Shown here: positions 1 through 10,561 of the stretch, one piece after another
Numbering within the stretch: position 1 is the stretch's first letter
How the letters are laid out: each line of letters opens with the position of its first letter
NCBI GenBank assembly: GCA_934148995.1
Contig: CAKPDM010000002.1
Location: 63,487 to 127,486 of the forward strand
Origin: an uncultured Bacilli bacterium
GTDB lineage: Bacteria; Bacillota_I; Bacilli_A; RF39; UBA660
Direction: 5' to 3'
Length of the DNA: 64,000 bases
The notes under the pieces: model-generated
Told to the model about the DNA's origin: nothing
Databases searched by the model: none
What the model saw: the letters and a program-made list of their open reading frames with translations, nothing else
Made by a program: the position numbers and the translations under genes

Positions 1-265
1 TAGAAACATCACTCTTTATGAAATTCATTGTATCATAAATGGCAAAGCCAGAAGTAACATTGCCTCCCGGAGAATTAATATAAATAGAAATATCATCATG
101 ACTTAATGAATCAAGATATAGTAATTCTGCTACTACAGTATTAGCTAGATTATCATCGATTTCTCCTGATAAAAGAATAATTCTATTTTTTAATAATCTA
201 GAAAATATATCATAACTTCGCTCTCCACCAACTTCTTTATCTACTATCATAGGAATTAAACTCAT
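1..265 (-). CDS. clpP: ATP-dependent Clp protease proteolytic subunit, N-terminal part (3' end lies outside the window)
   Basis: Not in the ORF track because there is no stop in the window. My reverse-strand translation from the ATG at 265-263 is [99 protein letters not shown] and YINSPGG are ClpP hallmarks. Confidence 0.85.
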   Translation of the reverse strand, partial: MSLIPMIVDKEVGGERSYDIFSRLLKNRIILLSGEIDDNLANTVVAELLYLDSLSHDDISIYINSPGGNVTSGFAIYDTMNFIKSDVS

Positions 266-369
266 TATTATCATTTCCTTTCCAATATTGCTATCTAAAA
301 TTACTATATCCAGTTATAGAAATAAATATTCTCTAAATTAAACTTTATATTTTGCGAATAATTTACAAA

Positions 370-398
370 TTTACATTATAAACTTAAAATGATATAAT
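370..398 (+). promoter_or_regulatory. candidate sigma-A promoter for the 424-2079 gene
   Basis: TTTACA (370-375), 17-nt spacer, TG-n-TATAAT (390-398). An AGGTGG Shine-Dalgarno follows just before the ATG at 424. Confidence 0.45.
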
Positions 399-423
399 GA
401 ATTAAGAATAAGAAGGTGGATTA

Positions 424-2079
424 ATGATAGAAGATGTTAAAGTTGTTATAAATGGAAAAAAAACAAAAGTTCCGATGGGAACAACTTTATTACAACTTAG
501 TAAAAATTATACAAGTGACTATAGATTTCCTATCATAATAGCAAGAGTAGATAATACTTATCGTGAGCTTAGTTATGCTATTCATGATGAATGTAATATT
601 GAATTTTTTGATTTGAATTCAAGAGTTGGAAATAGAACGCATATAGCAGGTTTAACTTTTTTACTATTGGTTGCTGTTAAAGAATTATATGGTGAGAAAG
701 CAAATATTATAGTACAACACTCTTTAGATAAAGGTATCTATATAGAAACAACATTTCCAATTAGTGAAACATTAGTAAAATCAATTGCTAAAAAAATGGT
801 TCAATTAGTAGAACAGAATTTAGATATAACTAAAGTTAGTGTTGAAAGAATAAGTGCCATTAAATATTTTGAAGCAATTAAAGATGAAGCAAAAGCCAAT
901 ATCATGAAATATAATACTAATACCTATATAACCTTATATAGACTTGGTAGTTACTATAATTATTTTTATCATTATATGCCAACCTCAACGGGACTTTTAA
1001 AAGATTTTAAATTAACTTATTTAAATGATAATGGTTTTATTTTACAATTTCCAACGGTGTACTCTAAAAATATGATAACTGAATATCAACATCATCCCAA
1101 TATGTTCAAAGTCTTTAAGGAATGTCATGATTGGGCAAAACTTATGCACGTTTCTAATCTTTCAGAGTTAAATAGTATCGTTTCAAAAGGACAAGTAGAG
1201 GACTTAATAAGAATAGATGAAACATTGCAAAGTAATAGATTATTAGAAGTTGCTAAGACAATAGTTGCTAATAAAAAAGATAAAAAAATTATTTTACTAG
1301 CAGGACCTTCATCAAGTGGAAAGACAACAACTACTAGAAAGTTATGTATGTTCTTAAGAAGTTTTGGATTGAATCCTAAAATGTTAAGTATGGATGATTA
1401 CTTTGTGGAAAGAGATGAAACACCAGTAGATGAAAATGGTGAAAAAGATTATGAATGTTTTGAAGCAGTTGATCATCAATTACTTACCGAACAAGTAGCT
1501 TTATTATTAAAAGGAGAAACAGTAAAAACACCGGTATATAGTTTTGTTGAAGGAAGTAAAGAATTTATTCGCGAATTGAAACTTGAAAAAAATGATATTC
1601 TTTTGATAGAAGGAATACATGCATTAAATCCAAAAGTGTTAGATACAATTCCTGCTAAGAATAAATATAAAATATACTTATCTGCTTTAACAGAACTTAA
1701 TATAGATTCTCATAATCGTTTTTCTACCACAGATAATCGCCTTTTAAGACGAATAATTCGGGATAGTAGAACTAGGGGATATGATGTAGTTGATACTATT
1801 GCTATTTGGCCTAAAGTAAGAGCAGGAGAAGAAAAATACATTTTTCCATACCAAGATGAAGCAGATTCTACAATTAATACAGCACTTATCTATGAGCTTG
1901 GTGTGTTAAAAACTTACGTTGAACCATTACTATATTCAGTAGATGAAGATTCTATTTACTATGATGAAGCTAAAAGATTATTAAATTTATTTAGATTAAT
2001 ATTACCAATACCAAGTGAAGCAATACCAGCAGACTCTATCTTAAGAGAATTTGTTGGTGGAAGTTGCTTTCATGAATAA
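424..2079 (+). CDS. uridine/nucleoside kinase family P-loop protein fused to a ThrRS-N-terminal-like (TGS-like) region
   Basis: 551 aa. Walker A is LLAGPSSSGKTTTTRKL in the C-terminal half, with LIEGIHALNP and RRIIRDSRTRG typical of the Udk/PRK family. The N-terminal ~270 aa resembles the TGS/second-additional-domain region of threonyl-tRNA synthetase. Confidence 0.7.
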   Translation: MIEDVKVVINGKKTKVPMGTTLLQLSKNYTSDYRFPIIIARVDNTYRELSYAIHDECNIEFFDLNSRVGNRTHIAGLTFLLLVAVKELYGEKANIIVQHSLDKGIYIETTFPISETLVKSIAKKMVQLVEQNLDITKVSVERISAIKYFEAIKDEAKANIMKYNTNTYITLYRLGSYYNYFYHYMPTSTGLLKDFKLTYLNDNGFILQFPTVYSKNMITEYQHHPNMFKVFKECHDWAKLMHVSNLSELNSIVSKGQVEDLIRIDETLQSNRLLEVAKTIVANKKDKKIILLAGPSSSGKTTTTRKLCMFLRSFGLNPKMLSMDDYFVERDETPVDENGEKDYECFEAVDHQLLTEQVALLLKGETVKTPVYSFVEGSKEFIRELKLEKNDILLIEGIHALNPKVLDTIPAKNKYKIYLSALTELNIDSHNRFSTTDNRLLRRIIRDSRTRGYDVVDTIAIWPKVRAGEEKYIFPYQDEADSTINTALIYELGVLKTYVEPLLYSVDEDSIYYDEAKRLLNLFRLILPIPSEAIPADSILREFVGGSCFHE

Positions 2080-2122
2080 AAAATCTATTAGGGAAAGACT
2101 TATTCTCTAATAGATTTTTCTT
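2078..2122. terminator. bidirectional intrinsic terminator between convergent genes
   Basis: Arms AAATCTATTAG (2081-2091) and CTAATAGATTT (2107-2117), with an A-run upstream and a T-run downstream. Confidence 0.6.
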
Positions 2123-4480
2123 TTAAAATAATACTTCAATTTCTTTATCAATATCATGCCAAGTAAAGTTTCTAACTTCTTTCATGTCTTCGCCGTATTC
2201 TCTAATGTAGTTATTATGTTTAATTAACATATCTTTGCACCATTCGTATAATGGAGTAGCTCTATTACCTAGTTGGGGTAAGTATTTTAAAGCATCCATT
2301 ACTAAATGATATCTATCTATTTTGTTTTGAACGCGCATATCGAATGGAGTAGTAATAGTTCCTTCTTCGATATAGCCGTGAACATGAAGATTGTCATTTT
2401 CTCTTTTATAAGTTAATTGATGAATTAAAGATGGGTATCCATGGAAAGCAAAGATAATAGGTTTATCTTTGGTAAATAACATATTGTAATCTTGATTAGT
2501 TAATCCATGTGGATGTTCTAAATTAGATTGAAGTTTCATTAAATCAACTACATTTACACAGCGGATTTTAATTTCTGGGAAGAATTGATGTAGAATAGAA
2601 ATCGCTGCTAAAGTTTCAAGAGTTGGTGTATCACCACAACAAGCCATTACAATATCAGGACTGGCGCCTTTATCATTACTGGCCCAAGTAAATATTCCAA
2701 TACCTTTACTACAGTGATTTATAGCTTCATCCATATTTAACCACTGGATACTTGGATGTTTAGAAGCAACAATAACATTTATATAATTTTTACTCTTAAT
2801 ACAATGGTTGCAAGTAGAAAGTAAACAGTTAGCATCTGGAGGTAAATAAATTCTAGCAATATCAGCTTTTTTTGTAGCAATATGATTCAAAAAACCAGGG
2901 TCTTGATGTGTATAACCGTTATGGTCTTGTTGCCAAATATGAGAAGCTAATAAATAGTTAAGAGATGATATATTTCTACGCCAATCAAGTTGTTTACAGA
3001 CTTTTAACCATTTGGCATGTTGACTAGTCATCGAATCAACGATTCTAACGAAGGCTTCATAAGTATCAAAAATTCCATGTCTTCCAGTTAAAATGTAACC
3101 TTCTAGCATTCCTTCGCAGACATGCTCTGATAAGAAGGAATCAATTACTTGACCATTATGATTTAAATATTCATCATTTGCTAATATTTTAGCATTAAAT
3201 TGGCGATTAGTAGTTTCAAATACAGCATTTAAACGATTAGATAAAGCTTCATCAGGACCAAATATTCTAAAGTTTTTATTCTTTTTAATAACATCTTCTA
3301 AGAAATAACCTAAGACCTTTGTATCTTGTTCTTTTACTTCACCATGATTTTTGATGTCAACTTTATAATTTCTGAAATCAGGTAAGTTTAGTTCTTTTAA
3401 TAAAAGACCTCCATTGGCATATGGGTTAGCCCCCATTCTTCTATTACCTTTAGGCGCCATTTCCTTTAATTCATCTTTAATAGAACCATCTTCATTAAAA
3501 ATTTCTTCCGGTTTATAACTTTTTAGCCAGTTTTCTAGGATATCAATGTGTTCCATATGATCTTGATCTATTGGAACTGGTACTTGGTGAGCTCTAAATG
3601 TTCCTTCAATTTGTGCACCTTGAAACATTTTAGGACCAGTCCAACCTTTAGGAGTTTTTAGAATAATCATTGGCCATTTTTGATTGTCTGTTGATTTTTC
3701 ATTTTTAATTTTTTTAATCTTCCTAATAGTTTTATCTAAAGCTTTAGCCATTTCATCATGAAGTACCATTGAATCGTTTCCTTCAATATAAATTGGGTCG
3801 TATCCATAACCATCAAAGAGATTAAATAACTCATCTTTTGGAATTCTATCAAGAATAGTAGGATTAGCTATTTTATAACCATTTAAATTTAAAATTGGCA
3901 AAACTACTCCATCAGTTTCGGGATTAATAAGTTTATTACAATGCCAAGAAGTAGCCAAAGGACCAGTTTCAGCTTCGCCGTCACCAACAACGACAGCAGC
4001 AATTAAATCAGGATTATCTAAAACTGCTCCAAAGGCATGAGCAAGACTGTAACCTAATTCACCACCTTCATTGATGGATCCAGGTGTTTCTGGGGCAACG
4101 TGTGAAGAAATTCCTCCGGGGAAACTAAATTGTTTAAATAATCTTTTTAAACCTTCTTCATCTTGAGAAATATTAGGATATATTTCAGAATAAGTTCCTT
4201 CTAAATATACATTAGAAACAATAGCATTACCACCATGACCTGGTCCTGAGATATAAATCATATTTAAATCGTATTTTTTGATAATTCTATTTAAATGTGT
4301 ATAAATAAAATTTTGAGTTGGCACTGTGCCCCAATGACCAACTACTTTCTTTTTTAAGTCATTTTTTTCAAGTGGTCTTTTTAGTAGAGGATTGTTCTTT
4401 AAATAAAGTTGTCCAACTGATAAATAATTTGCTGCATTAAAATATCTATTTATTAAATCTTTTTCTCTTTCTGTAAGCAT
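2123..4480 (-). CDS. xfp: xylulose-5-phosphate/fructose-6-phosphate phosphoketolase
   Basis: 785 aa. Contains [41 protein letters not shown] and [17 protein letters not shown], the TPP-dependent phosphoketolase signatures. Length is typical for the family. Confidence 0.93.
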   Translation of the reverse strand: MLTEREKDLINRYFNAANYLSVGQLYLKNNPLLKRPLEKNDLKKKVVGHWGTVPTQNFIYTHLNRIIKKYDLNMIYISGPGHGGNAIVSNVYLEGTYSEIYPNISQDEEGLKRLFKQFSFPGGISSHVAPETPGSINEGGELGYSLAHAFGAVLDNPDLIAAVVVGDGEAETGPLATSWHCNKLINPETDGVVLPILNLNGYKIANPTILDRIPKDELFNLFDGYGYDPIYIEGNDSMVLHDEMAKALDKTIRKIKKIKNEKSTDNQKWPMIILKTPKGWTGPKMFQGAQIEGTFRAHQVPVPIDQDHMEHIDILENWLKSYKPEEIFNEDGSIKDELKEMAPKGNRRMGANPYANGGLLLKELNLPDFRNYKVDIKNHGEVKEQDTKVLGYFLEDVIKKNKNFRIFGPDEALSNRLNAVFETTNRQFNAKILANDEYLNHNGQVIDSFLSEHVCEGMLEGYILTGRHGIFDTYEAFVRIVDSMTSQHAKWLKVCKQLDWRRNISSLNYLLASHIWQQDHNGYTHQDPGFLNHIATKKADIARIYLPPDANCLLSTCNHCIKSKNYINVIVASKHPSIQWLNMDEAINHCSKGIGIFTWASNDKGASPDIVMACCGDTPTLETLAAISILHQFFPEIKIRCVNVVDLMKLQSNLEHPHGLTNQDYNMLFTKDKPIIFAFHGYPSLIHQLTYKRENDNLHVHGYIEEGTITTPFDMRVQNKIDRYHLVMDALKYLPQLGNRATPLYEWCKDMLIKHNNYIREYGEDMKEVRNFTWHDIDKEIEVLF

Positions 4481-4603
4481 TTATAAGCCTCCTATTCTTC
4501 TTAATTATAAGATAAATAATTATCTTTTTCAATAATTAATAGGAAAAGAAAATAAAGTATGATATACTCACAGTATAGATAAAAAGAATAAGTTGGTGAT
4601 AGT

Positions 4604-7600
4604 GTGAAAGTATTTATTTTAGATGATTATAAAGTTAATTCTTATAAATTACCACATAAAGTAGAAGATTCTTATTTGATTAATTATACTTATAATAATG
4701 AAGAAAAAAATATTAGCGTCCAATCTGTCAATGGAATCTGGTACATACAAAGTAATGAAAGTATTTCTATCATAGATAATGGTCGAACTGTAGATTCATG
4801 TCAATTAACAAACTATAAAATTGTAAGACTGTTATTTACTGATTCAGATTCTAGTGTGATCTTAGTTTGTGTTCCTTCAACCATTACTAATAAAAAAGAC
4901 TATTCACTAACAAATATTAAAGACTTAAAGATTGGTTCAAGCCAAAATAATAACATAATTTTTCCAATTCTTGATCCTGAACATATGGTGATTACAAAAG
5001 AGAATAATATATGGCAACTAACTGTTAAAAATAATAATATACCGATTTATGTAAATAAAAAAAGAGTAGCAACAACTAATTTAGTGTTTGGTGATGAAAT
5101 ATTTATTCTTGGTTTAAAGATAATTTGGCTTAATAGTTGTATTAGAATTAATGATATTGACAACTTAGTAATGATTAATGGACTTGGACAAACAACTTTA
5201 CATAATGAAGATAATAGTAGTTATACAAAAGTAACAATGAGAGAAAAAAAGATAAACTTATATAAAGAAAATGAGTATTTTTTTCATACCCCAAACCTAA
5301 AACCAGTAATAGAAGAAGTTATTATTGAAATAGAAAATCCTCCTCTTAAAGACAAAGATATGCAATTGCCATTATTCTTAAGCATAGGAGCTTCTGCCGT
5401 ATTTTCTATTTCATCATTAGCTACTTGTCTTTTTTCATATATAAGTATTGTGCAAGGAAAAAGTACTTGGGATGAAGAAGCAATGAACTTTATAATTGGT
5501 ATTTCTTTACTAATTGGTAGTTTACTATTTCCAATATTGACTCACTATTATGAGAAAAACGCTAATAGAAAAAGAGAAGTTAAACGTCAAAAAAAATACA
5601 GTCAATATCTTGAAGAAAAGAAGAAACTAATTGAAACAACCATTAATAATCAAAAAACGATATTAAAAGAATTATATTTAGGAGCAGAAGAATGTCAAAG
5701 AATATTAGAGACTAAGAATTCTAATTTATGGAGTAGAGAGATAAATGATAAAGATTTTTTGATGGTAAGACTTGGTATTGGTAAAAAGAAAGCAAATATA
5801 GTTATAGATGCACCCAAAAAACAATTTTCAATAGATGATGACAATTTGAAAGATCAAGCAAGTGAAATTATTAACTCTGATTTATCTATGACTGATGTAC
5901 CAATAACCGTTTCTTTGGTAGAATATCCAATTTTTCCAATAATACTAAATACTAATAAAAGAAAAGCTTGTGTAGAAGCTATTATGTTACAGTTAATGAC
6001 CTATTATAGTAGTTCTGACTTAAAGCTTGTTTTCTTAGTAAGTGAAAAAAATAGTGAGATTTGGAATCAATTTAAATATTTATCCCATTGTCTTGATGAA
6101 CAAGGAAAGACTAGATTGTTTGCTTATAATGAAGAAGAAGCAAAAGCTATATCTTACTATCTAGAATCAAAATATCAGGAGAGATTAAACTTTATTAAAG
6201 ATATTCCTAGTAATTCTGATATAGATAAAGTTGATAATAAAAAAGATTTTTATCAGATGTTTCCTAATTATTACTTAATAATTACTGATAACATCTTAAA
6301 ATATCGAAACTTAGAAATAATAGAGGAAATATTTAAATCAAATTCTAATTACGGATTTTCTGTTTTAATTTTTGAAAATGCAATGAGAAATTTACCAAGT
6401 AAATGTAATTATTTTAGTAATATCTCTGATAACGAAGCTGGCTTATTTAGTAAAGATGTAAGTAGTAATAGTTTATCTGTATTTTCACCAGAGTTTTTTT
6501 TAGGCGATATGAAACCATATATTAATATTGTTTCTAATATTCCTACTGAAAACTGTGATGAAACTGCAAGTTTACCGCAAACTTTAGAATTTTTAGAAAT
6601 GTATAAAGTTGGCAAAATAGAACAGTTAAATATTGCCACTAAGTGGCAAGAAAATGACCCAACATTATCATTAACAGCCCCAGTTGGTGTCCATTCAAAT
6701 GGAAATTTATTTGAACTTAATTTACATGAAAAAGAACATGGACCACATGGTTTAATAGCTGGTTCAACTGGTAGTGGTAAAAGTGAATTTATTATAACTT
6801 ATATCCTTTCTATGTGTATAAACTATAGTCCAAAAGAAGTCCAATTTGTCTTAATAGACTATAAAGGTGGCGGACTCGCTGGCGCTTTTGAAAATCGTGA
6901 GAAAGGTTTAAGAGTACCTCATATAGTTGGAACAATAACTAACTTAGATACTTCAGAAATGAATAGAACACTAGTATCTATTAGAAGTGAACTAAAAAGA
7001 AGACAAAGAATTTTCAATGAAGCTCGAGACATGCTTGGAGAAAGTACAATTGATATTTATAAATATCAAAAATATTATCGAGAAGGTCAAGTGAAAGAAC
7101 CTATTGCCCATTTATTTATTATATCTGATGAGTTTGCCGAACTAAAGAGTCAACAACCAGACTTTATGGACGAGCTTGTTTCAACTGCTCGTATTGGTCG
7201 TTCACTTGGCGTTCATTTAATATTAGCAACACAAAAGCCAAGCGGTGTAGTTGATGATCAAATTTGGTCAAATGCTAGATTTAAAGTCTGCTTGAAGGTT
7301 CAATCAGAAGCTGATAGTCAAGAAATGTTACGAAGATCAGAAGCTGCTACTATTAAAGAAACAGGTAGATTTTATTTACAAGTTGGTTATAATGAAATAT
7401 TTGAAATAGGTCAATCTGCTTGGAGCGGTGCTAAATATATACCATCAGATGTTGTGGAGAAAAAAATAGATGATTCTATAAACTTTATTAATAACAATGG
7501 AACAGTTATAAAGAGTATTAATAATACAATAAGAAAAGATGAACAAAAAGATTATGGTGAACAATTAACTAATATAGTAAAATATTTGATTAATATGGCG

Positions 7601-9184
7601 CTTAAAGAAAATATTTCTACTAATCAATTATGGTTGCCATCTATACCTAATGAGATATATTTGGGTAATATTGTCAATAAGTATAATTTTAAGGCTTCTA
7701 GTTATGATTATAAAGTAATAGTTGGAGAATATGATGATCCAGAAAACCAGGAACAAGGTCTTTTAACATTAGATGTAGCAAATAGTGGTAATATTCTAAT
7801 ATATGGTATAACTGGAAGTGGTAAAGAAAACCAACTAGCTACCATGCTTTATTCACTCTGTATTTATCATTCTCCCGAAGAAGTTAATATCTATGTAATG
7901 GATTTTGGTGCTGAGGTATTGAAAGTATTCAATAGAATGCCACAAGTCGGTGATTATGCTTCTTCTTATGATAATGAAAAGGTAGAGAACCTTTTACAGA
8001 TGCTTGAAAGAGAATTAAATAAAAGAAGGACAATTTTGTCTGACTATGGTGGTAGTTTTATTGCTTATAATAATAAAGATACAGATAAACTTCCATTAAT
8101 ATTTATTGTCATCAATGGTTATGAATCTTTTCTTGAAACGTATGCTGGCCTTGAAGATGAATTTAACAAATTATTTAGAGAAGGAAATAAATATGGAATA
8201 ATTTTTGCAGTAACTGCTTCTGCAACTAATGCAATGGCCACTAGAGTATCGCAAAACTTTACCACAATTTATGCTCTAAGATTTAATGATGATTTTGAAT
8301 TTAGATATATTCTAAATGCACCAGTGAATTTTGTGCCTAAGAAAGTCTTTGGTAGAGGTTTAACTAATTTTAAAGAGAAAGTTGTTGAATACCAAACTGC
8401 TTATATAAATTTATTTGACATGATAAATGACACTGTTAAAGAAAGTGCAGCTAGGTTAGCCTCTTATTATAATATTAAAGTAAAATCAATTCCTACTATT
8501 CCTAGTAAAGTCAATGCTGAAACAATGGCAAAATATATAGAAAATTTAACAAATCTACCGGTTGGTGTTAACTTTGAAGATGCAACTATTTCCACTTTTG
8601 ATTTCAAGAAAAATAAAATAACCCCAATAGTGGGAAATGATTTATTAATTAATACAGGTTTCTTAAATGAACTTTATAAAGAGTTTGTTCGGTTACCAAA
8701 TACAATAGTATTGATGCTTGATCTTTTATACACTGTGTCTATACCGAGTGAGGTTACTTTCACTAGTGATCTGGTAGAATTTGTTACAACAATTAAAGAA
8801 ATCTTAAATAAAGAGGATCAGCCCGTGGATGACAGGGTAATAATAATAGCTGGTCTATCGAAAGTTTTTAATGATTCTAATATTGAAGAACAAATAAAAA
8901 AGGATTTATCTAATATTTTAAAAGAAGCGGATAGATTTACAACAACTAGTTTTATCATTATTGAAGAGTATCAAAAATATCGTAATTTAATGGTAGAAGA
9001 ATGGTATCAGGACAGAGTGTCTTCAGCAAACGGAATATGGATTGGTGAAGGTTTTGAAAATCAAATAGCATTTCAGATAGATTCTGTAGGAGATATAAAT
9101 ATGCAAGAATACTCAACGGATGTTGGTTATGTTATTAGGAATGGTAAATTTGAAGTTATTAAAACAATTAGTGGAGATGAATAA
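4604..9184 (+). CDS. essC: type VIIb secretion FtsK/SpoIIIE-family ATPase EssC (YukB-like)
   Basis: 1526 aa with a GTG start. Two N-terminal FHA-like segments are followed by two TM helices (LPLFLSIGASAVFSISSLATCLF and FIIGISLLIGSLLFPIL). Three ATPase modules follow. D1 has Walker A GSTGSGKSEF and Walker B LFIISDEFAEL plus LILATQKPSGVVDDQIWSN. D2 has GITGSGKENQ. D3 has no P-loop. Confidence 0.92.
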   Translation: MKVFILDDYKVNSYKLPHKVEDSYLINYTYNNEEKNISVQSVNGIWYIQSNESISIIDNGRTVDSCQLTNYKIVRLLFTDSDSSVILVCVPSTITNKKDYSLTNIKDLKIGSSQNNNIIFPILDPEHMVITKENNIWQLTVKNNNIPIYVNKKRVATTNLVFGDEIFILGLKIIWLNSCIRINDIDNLVMINGLGQTTLHNEDNSSYTKVTMREKKINLYKENEYFFHTPNLKPVIEEVIIEIENPPLKDKDMQLPLFLSIGASAVFSISSLATCLFSYISIVQGKSTWDEEAMNFIIGISLLIGSLLFPILTHYYEKNANRKREVKRQKKYSQYLEEKKKLIETTINNQKTILKELYLGAEECQRILETKNSNLWSREINDKDFLMVRLGIGKKKANIVIDAPKKQFSIDDDNLKDQASEIINSDLSMTDVPITVSLVEYPIFPIILNTNKRKACVEAIMLQLMTYYSSSDLKLVFLVSEKNSEIWNQFKYLSHCLDEQGKTRLFAYNEEEAKAISYYLESKYQERLNFIKDIPSNSDIDKVDNKKDFYQMFPNYYLIITDNILKYRNLEIIEEIFKSNSNYGFSVLIFENAMRNLPSKCNYFSNISDNEAGLFSKDVSSNSLSVFSPEFFLGDMKPYINIVSNIPTENCDETASLPQTLEFLEMYKVGKIEQLNIATKWQENDPTLSLTAPVGVHSNGNLFELNLHEKEHGPHGLIAGSTGSGKSEFIITYILSMCINYSPKEVQFVLIDYKGGGLAGAFENREKGLRVPHIVGTITNLDTSEMNRTLVSIRSELKRRQRIFNEARDMLGESTIDIYKYQKYYREGQVKEPIAHLFIISDEFAELKSQQPDFMDELVSTARIGRSLGVHLILATQKPSGVVDDQIWSNARFKVCLKVQSEADSQEMLRRSEAATIKETGRFYLQVGYNEIFEIGQSAWSGAKYIPSDVVEKKIDDSINFINNNGTVIKSINNTIRKDEQKDYGEQLTNIVKYLINMALKENISTNQLWLPSIPNEIYLGNIVNKYNFKASSYDYKVIVGEYDDPENQEQGLLTLDVANSGNILIYGITGSGKENQLATMLYSLCIYHSPEEVNIYVMDFGAEVLKVFNRMPQVGDYASSYDNEKVENLLQMLERELNKRRTILSDYGGSFIAYNNKDTDKLPLIFIVINGYESFLETYAGLEDEFNKLFREGNKYGIIFAVTASATNAMATRVSQNFTTIYALRFNDDFEFRYILNAPVNFVPKKVFGRGLTNFKEKVVEYQTAYINLFDMINDTVKESAARLASYYNIKVKSIPTIPSKVNAETMAKYIENLTNLPVGVNFEDATISTFDFKKNKITPIVGNDLLINTGFLNELYKEFVRLPNTIVLMLDLLYTVSIPSEVTFTSDLVEFVTTIKEILNKEDQPVDDRVIIIAGLSKVFNDSNIEEQIKKDLSNILKEADRFTTTSFIIIEEYQKYRNLMVEEWYQDRVSSANGIWIGEGFENQIAFQIDSVGDINMQEYSTDVGYVIRNGKFEVIKTISGDE

Positions 9185-9187
9185 TAT

Positions 9188-9445
9188 ATGAAAAACAAAG
9201 TTTTAGTAGATTTAATCGTTCCTGAAATAGATGAAGAATATTCTGTGTATCTACCTATAAATAAGAAAATAGGGAATATTATAATATTACTAAATAAAGC
9301 TATTTCAGAAATGACAAATGGTGATTTTAAATTATCTTCGACTAATTCGTTATATAATAAAGATACATGTGAACAATATAGTTTTGATTCTTTATTATTT
9401 AATACGAATATTAGAAATGGAACTAGGTTGATACTGTTGTCGTAG
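9188..9445 (+). CDS. esaB: YukD/EsaB-like ubiquitin-fold T7SS accessory protein
   Basis: 85 aa, starting 3 nt after the essC stop. The size and beta-grasp-like pattern fit: the N-terminal strand VLVDLIVPEIDEEYSVYLP and a C-terminus NIRNGTRLILLS with no GG. The position directly after essC is also typical. Confidence 0.7.
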   Translation: MKNKVLVDLIVPEIDEEYSVYLPINKKIGNIIILLNKAISEMTNGDFKLSSTNSLYNKDTCEQYSFDSLLFNTNIRNGTRLILLS

Positions 9446-9450
9446 TATTT

Positions 9451-9470
9451 GGAACTTAGTTCCTTTTTTT
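9451..9470 (+). terminator. short hairpin plus T-run after esaB (weak terminator or attenuator)
   Basis: GGAAC-TTA-GTTCC followed by TTTTTTT. Confidence 0.4.
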
Positions 9471-9581
9471 GATGTTAAAATCTGTAAAATTATTTTGTTT
9501 ATCTTGAGAAAACTAGGATAGTGTGACATACTTAATATAGTAGAAGGTAACTTTTACTATGATGGTGAGAGAGGTAAAAAT

Positions 9582-9875
9582 ATGGCTGATGTTTCAGGAA
9601 TTAATAGAGAAGAACTGCTTGTTTTAAGTAAGATGTTTTTGAAGTATCATGACGATATTAAAGATCTTTTTCTAGAGTATAAAAAAACGATTGGCGATAC
9701 TTCTAAATATTATCAAGGTGAAACAGCAGAGGCCTTCAGAAATAAGTTTAATGATTTTAACTTGAATCTAGAGCTTGTTTTAAAAAGTTTTCTTGACTAT
9801 AGTGAAGCATTAACTAAAATAGTTAAAAACTATGACGAATTAACCTTAAACTCATCTATGGGCAAATATCAATAA
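9582..9875 (+). CDS. small helical WXG100-like protein (turn motif YQG), candidate T7SS substrate
   Basis: 97 aa with no TM segment and a good SD (GAGAGAGG). Central YYQGETAEAFRNKF sits where W-x-G is expected. The N-terminal DVSGIN motif is shared with the next two ORFs. Confidence 0.6.
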   Translation: MADVSGINREELLVLSKMFLKYHDDIKDLFLEYKKTIGDTSKYYQGETAEAFRNKFNDFNLNLELVLKSFLDYSEALTKIVKNYDELTLNSSMGKYQ

Positions 9876-9894
9876 GGATGGAGGAGGTGAAACA

Positions 9895-10227
9895 ATGGCA
9901 TTAACTATGAAAAAAGCAGATGTTGCTGTATCTACTTCAGGAATCAATGACTTAGAAAAAGCAATTTTAAAAGAAGTACAAGAGGCTAGTGAAGTATGTT
10001 CAGTTAATAGTAAAGAATATAAGGCTTTAGTTGCAACTCTTAGACAATATTGGAGTGGTGAAGACTGCAATAATTATATTGCTGACTTAAACCAAGCAGT
10101 AAAAGATCTTAATACTTCAGTTAGTTATATTAATACATCTATCAAAGGTGGATTAGAAAAGTATAAAAATGAATTTGCTGCTTTCCAACAAAGTAACTAT
10201 AAACAAGGTACTACTAAAATTAAATAG
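9895..10227 (+). CDS. small helical WXG100-like protein (WSG), candidate T7SS substrate
   Basis: 110 aa with a strong SD (GGAGGAGGTGA). Has a central QYWSGEDCNNY and an N-terminal AVSTSGIN. Confidence 0.65.
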   Translation: MALTMKKADVAVSTSGINDLEKAILKEVQEASEVCSVNSKEYKALVATLRQYWSGEDCNNYIADLNQAVKDLNTSVSYINTSIKGGLEKYKNEFAAFQQSNYKQGTTKIK

Positions 10228-10244
10228 GTAAGGATGGTGATATT

Positions 10245-10559
10245 ATGGCAATTAATATAAGAGGAATTGATGTATCTGGAATAAACAACATGAAAAATGC
10301 TATAGAGTCATATAGAAAAGAATTAGTTAAAAAAGTAAATGATGTTTCCCGTATAGATGAGGGAGTACTTAATCGTGCTATCAAGGGAACATCAGCAAAA
10401 ACTGAATATAACGCTATGGTAAAAAGAACTAATGATAATGCAAAAAAATTAATTAATAAATTGACAGAATTTGAAACAGTTCTTAATAATATGAAAAGTA
10501 AATATACATCTTCTGATCAAGTTTCAGGTAAAACAAGTTTTAGTACAGTTGCTAAGTAA
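10245..10559 (+). CDS. small helical Esx-like protein, paralogue of the two preceding ORFs
   Basis: 104 aa with SD AAGGATGGTGA. The N-terminal IDVSGINNMKNAI matches the neighbours. The turn position reads AIKGTSAKTEY (W lost). Confidence 0.5.
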   Translation: MAINIRGIDVSGINNMKNAIESYRKELVKKVNDVSRIDEGVLNRAIKGTSAKTEYNAMVKRTNDNAKKLINKLTEFETVLNNMKSKYTSSDQVSGKTSFSTVAK

Positions 10560-10561
10560 TC

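Noticed and set aside
9471-9581. A promoter for the six small T7SS ORFs in the esaB-downstream spacer.
   Set aside because: I could not find a convincing -35/-10 pair. TTGAGA with ATACTT, or TAATAT with poor spacing, are the best options. The preceding hairpin is weak (5 bp), so read-through from essC-esaB is equally plausible.
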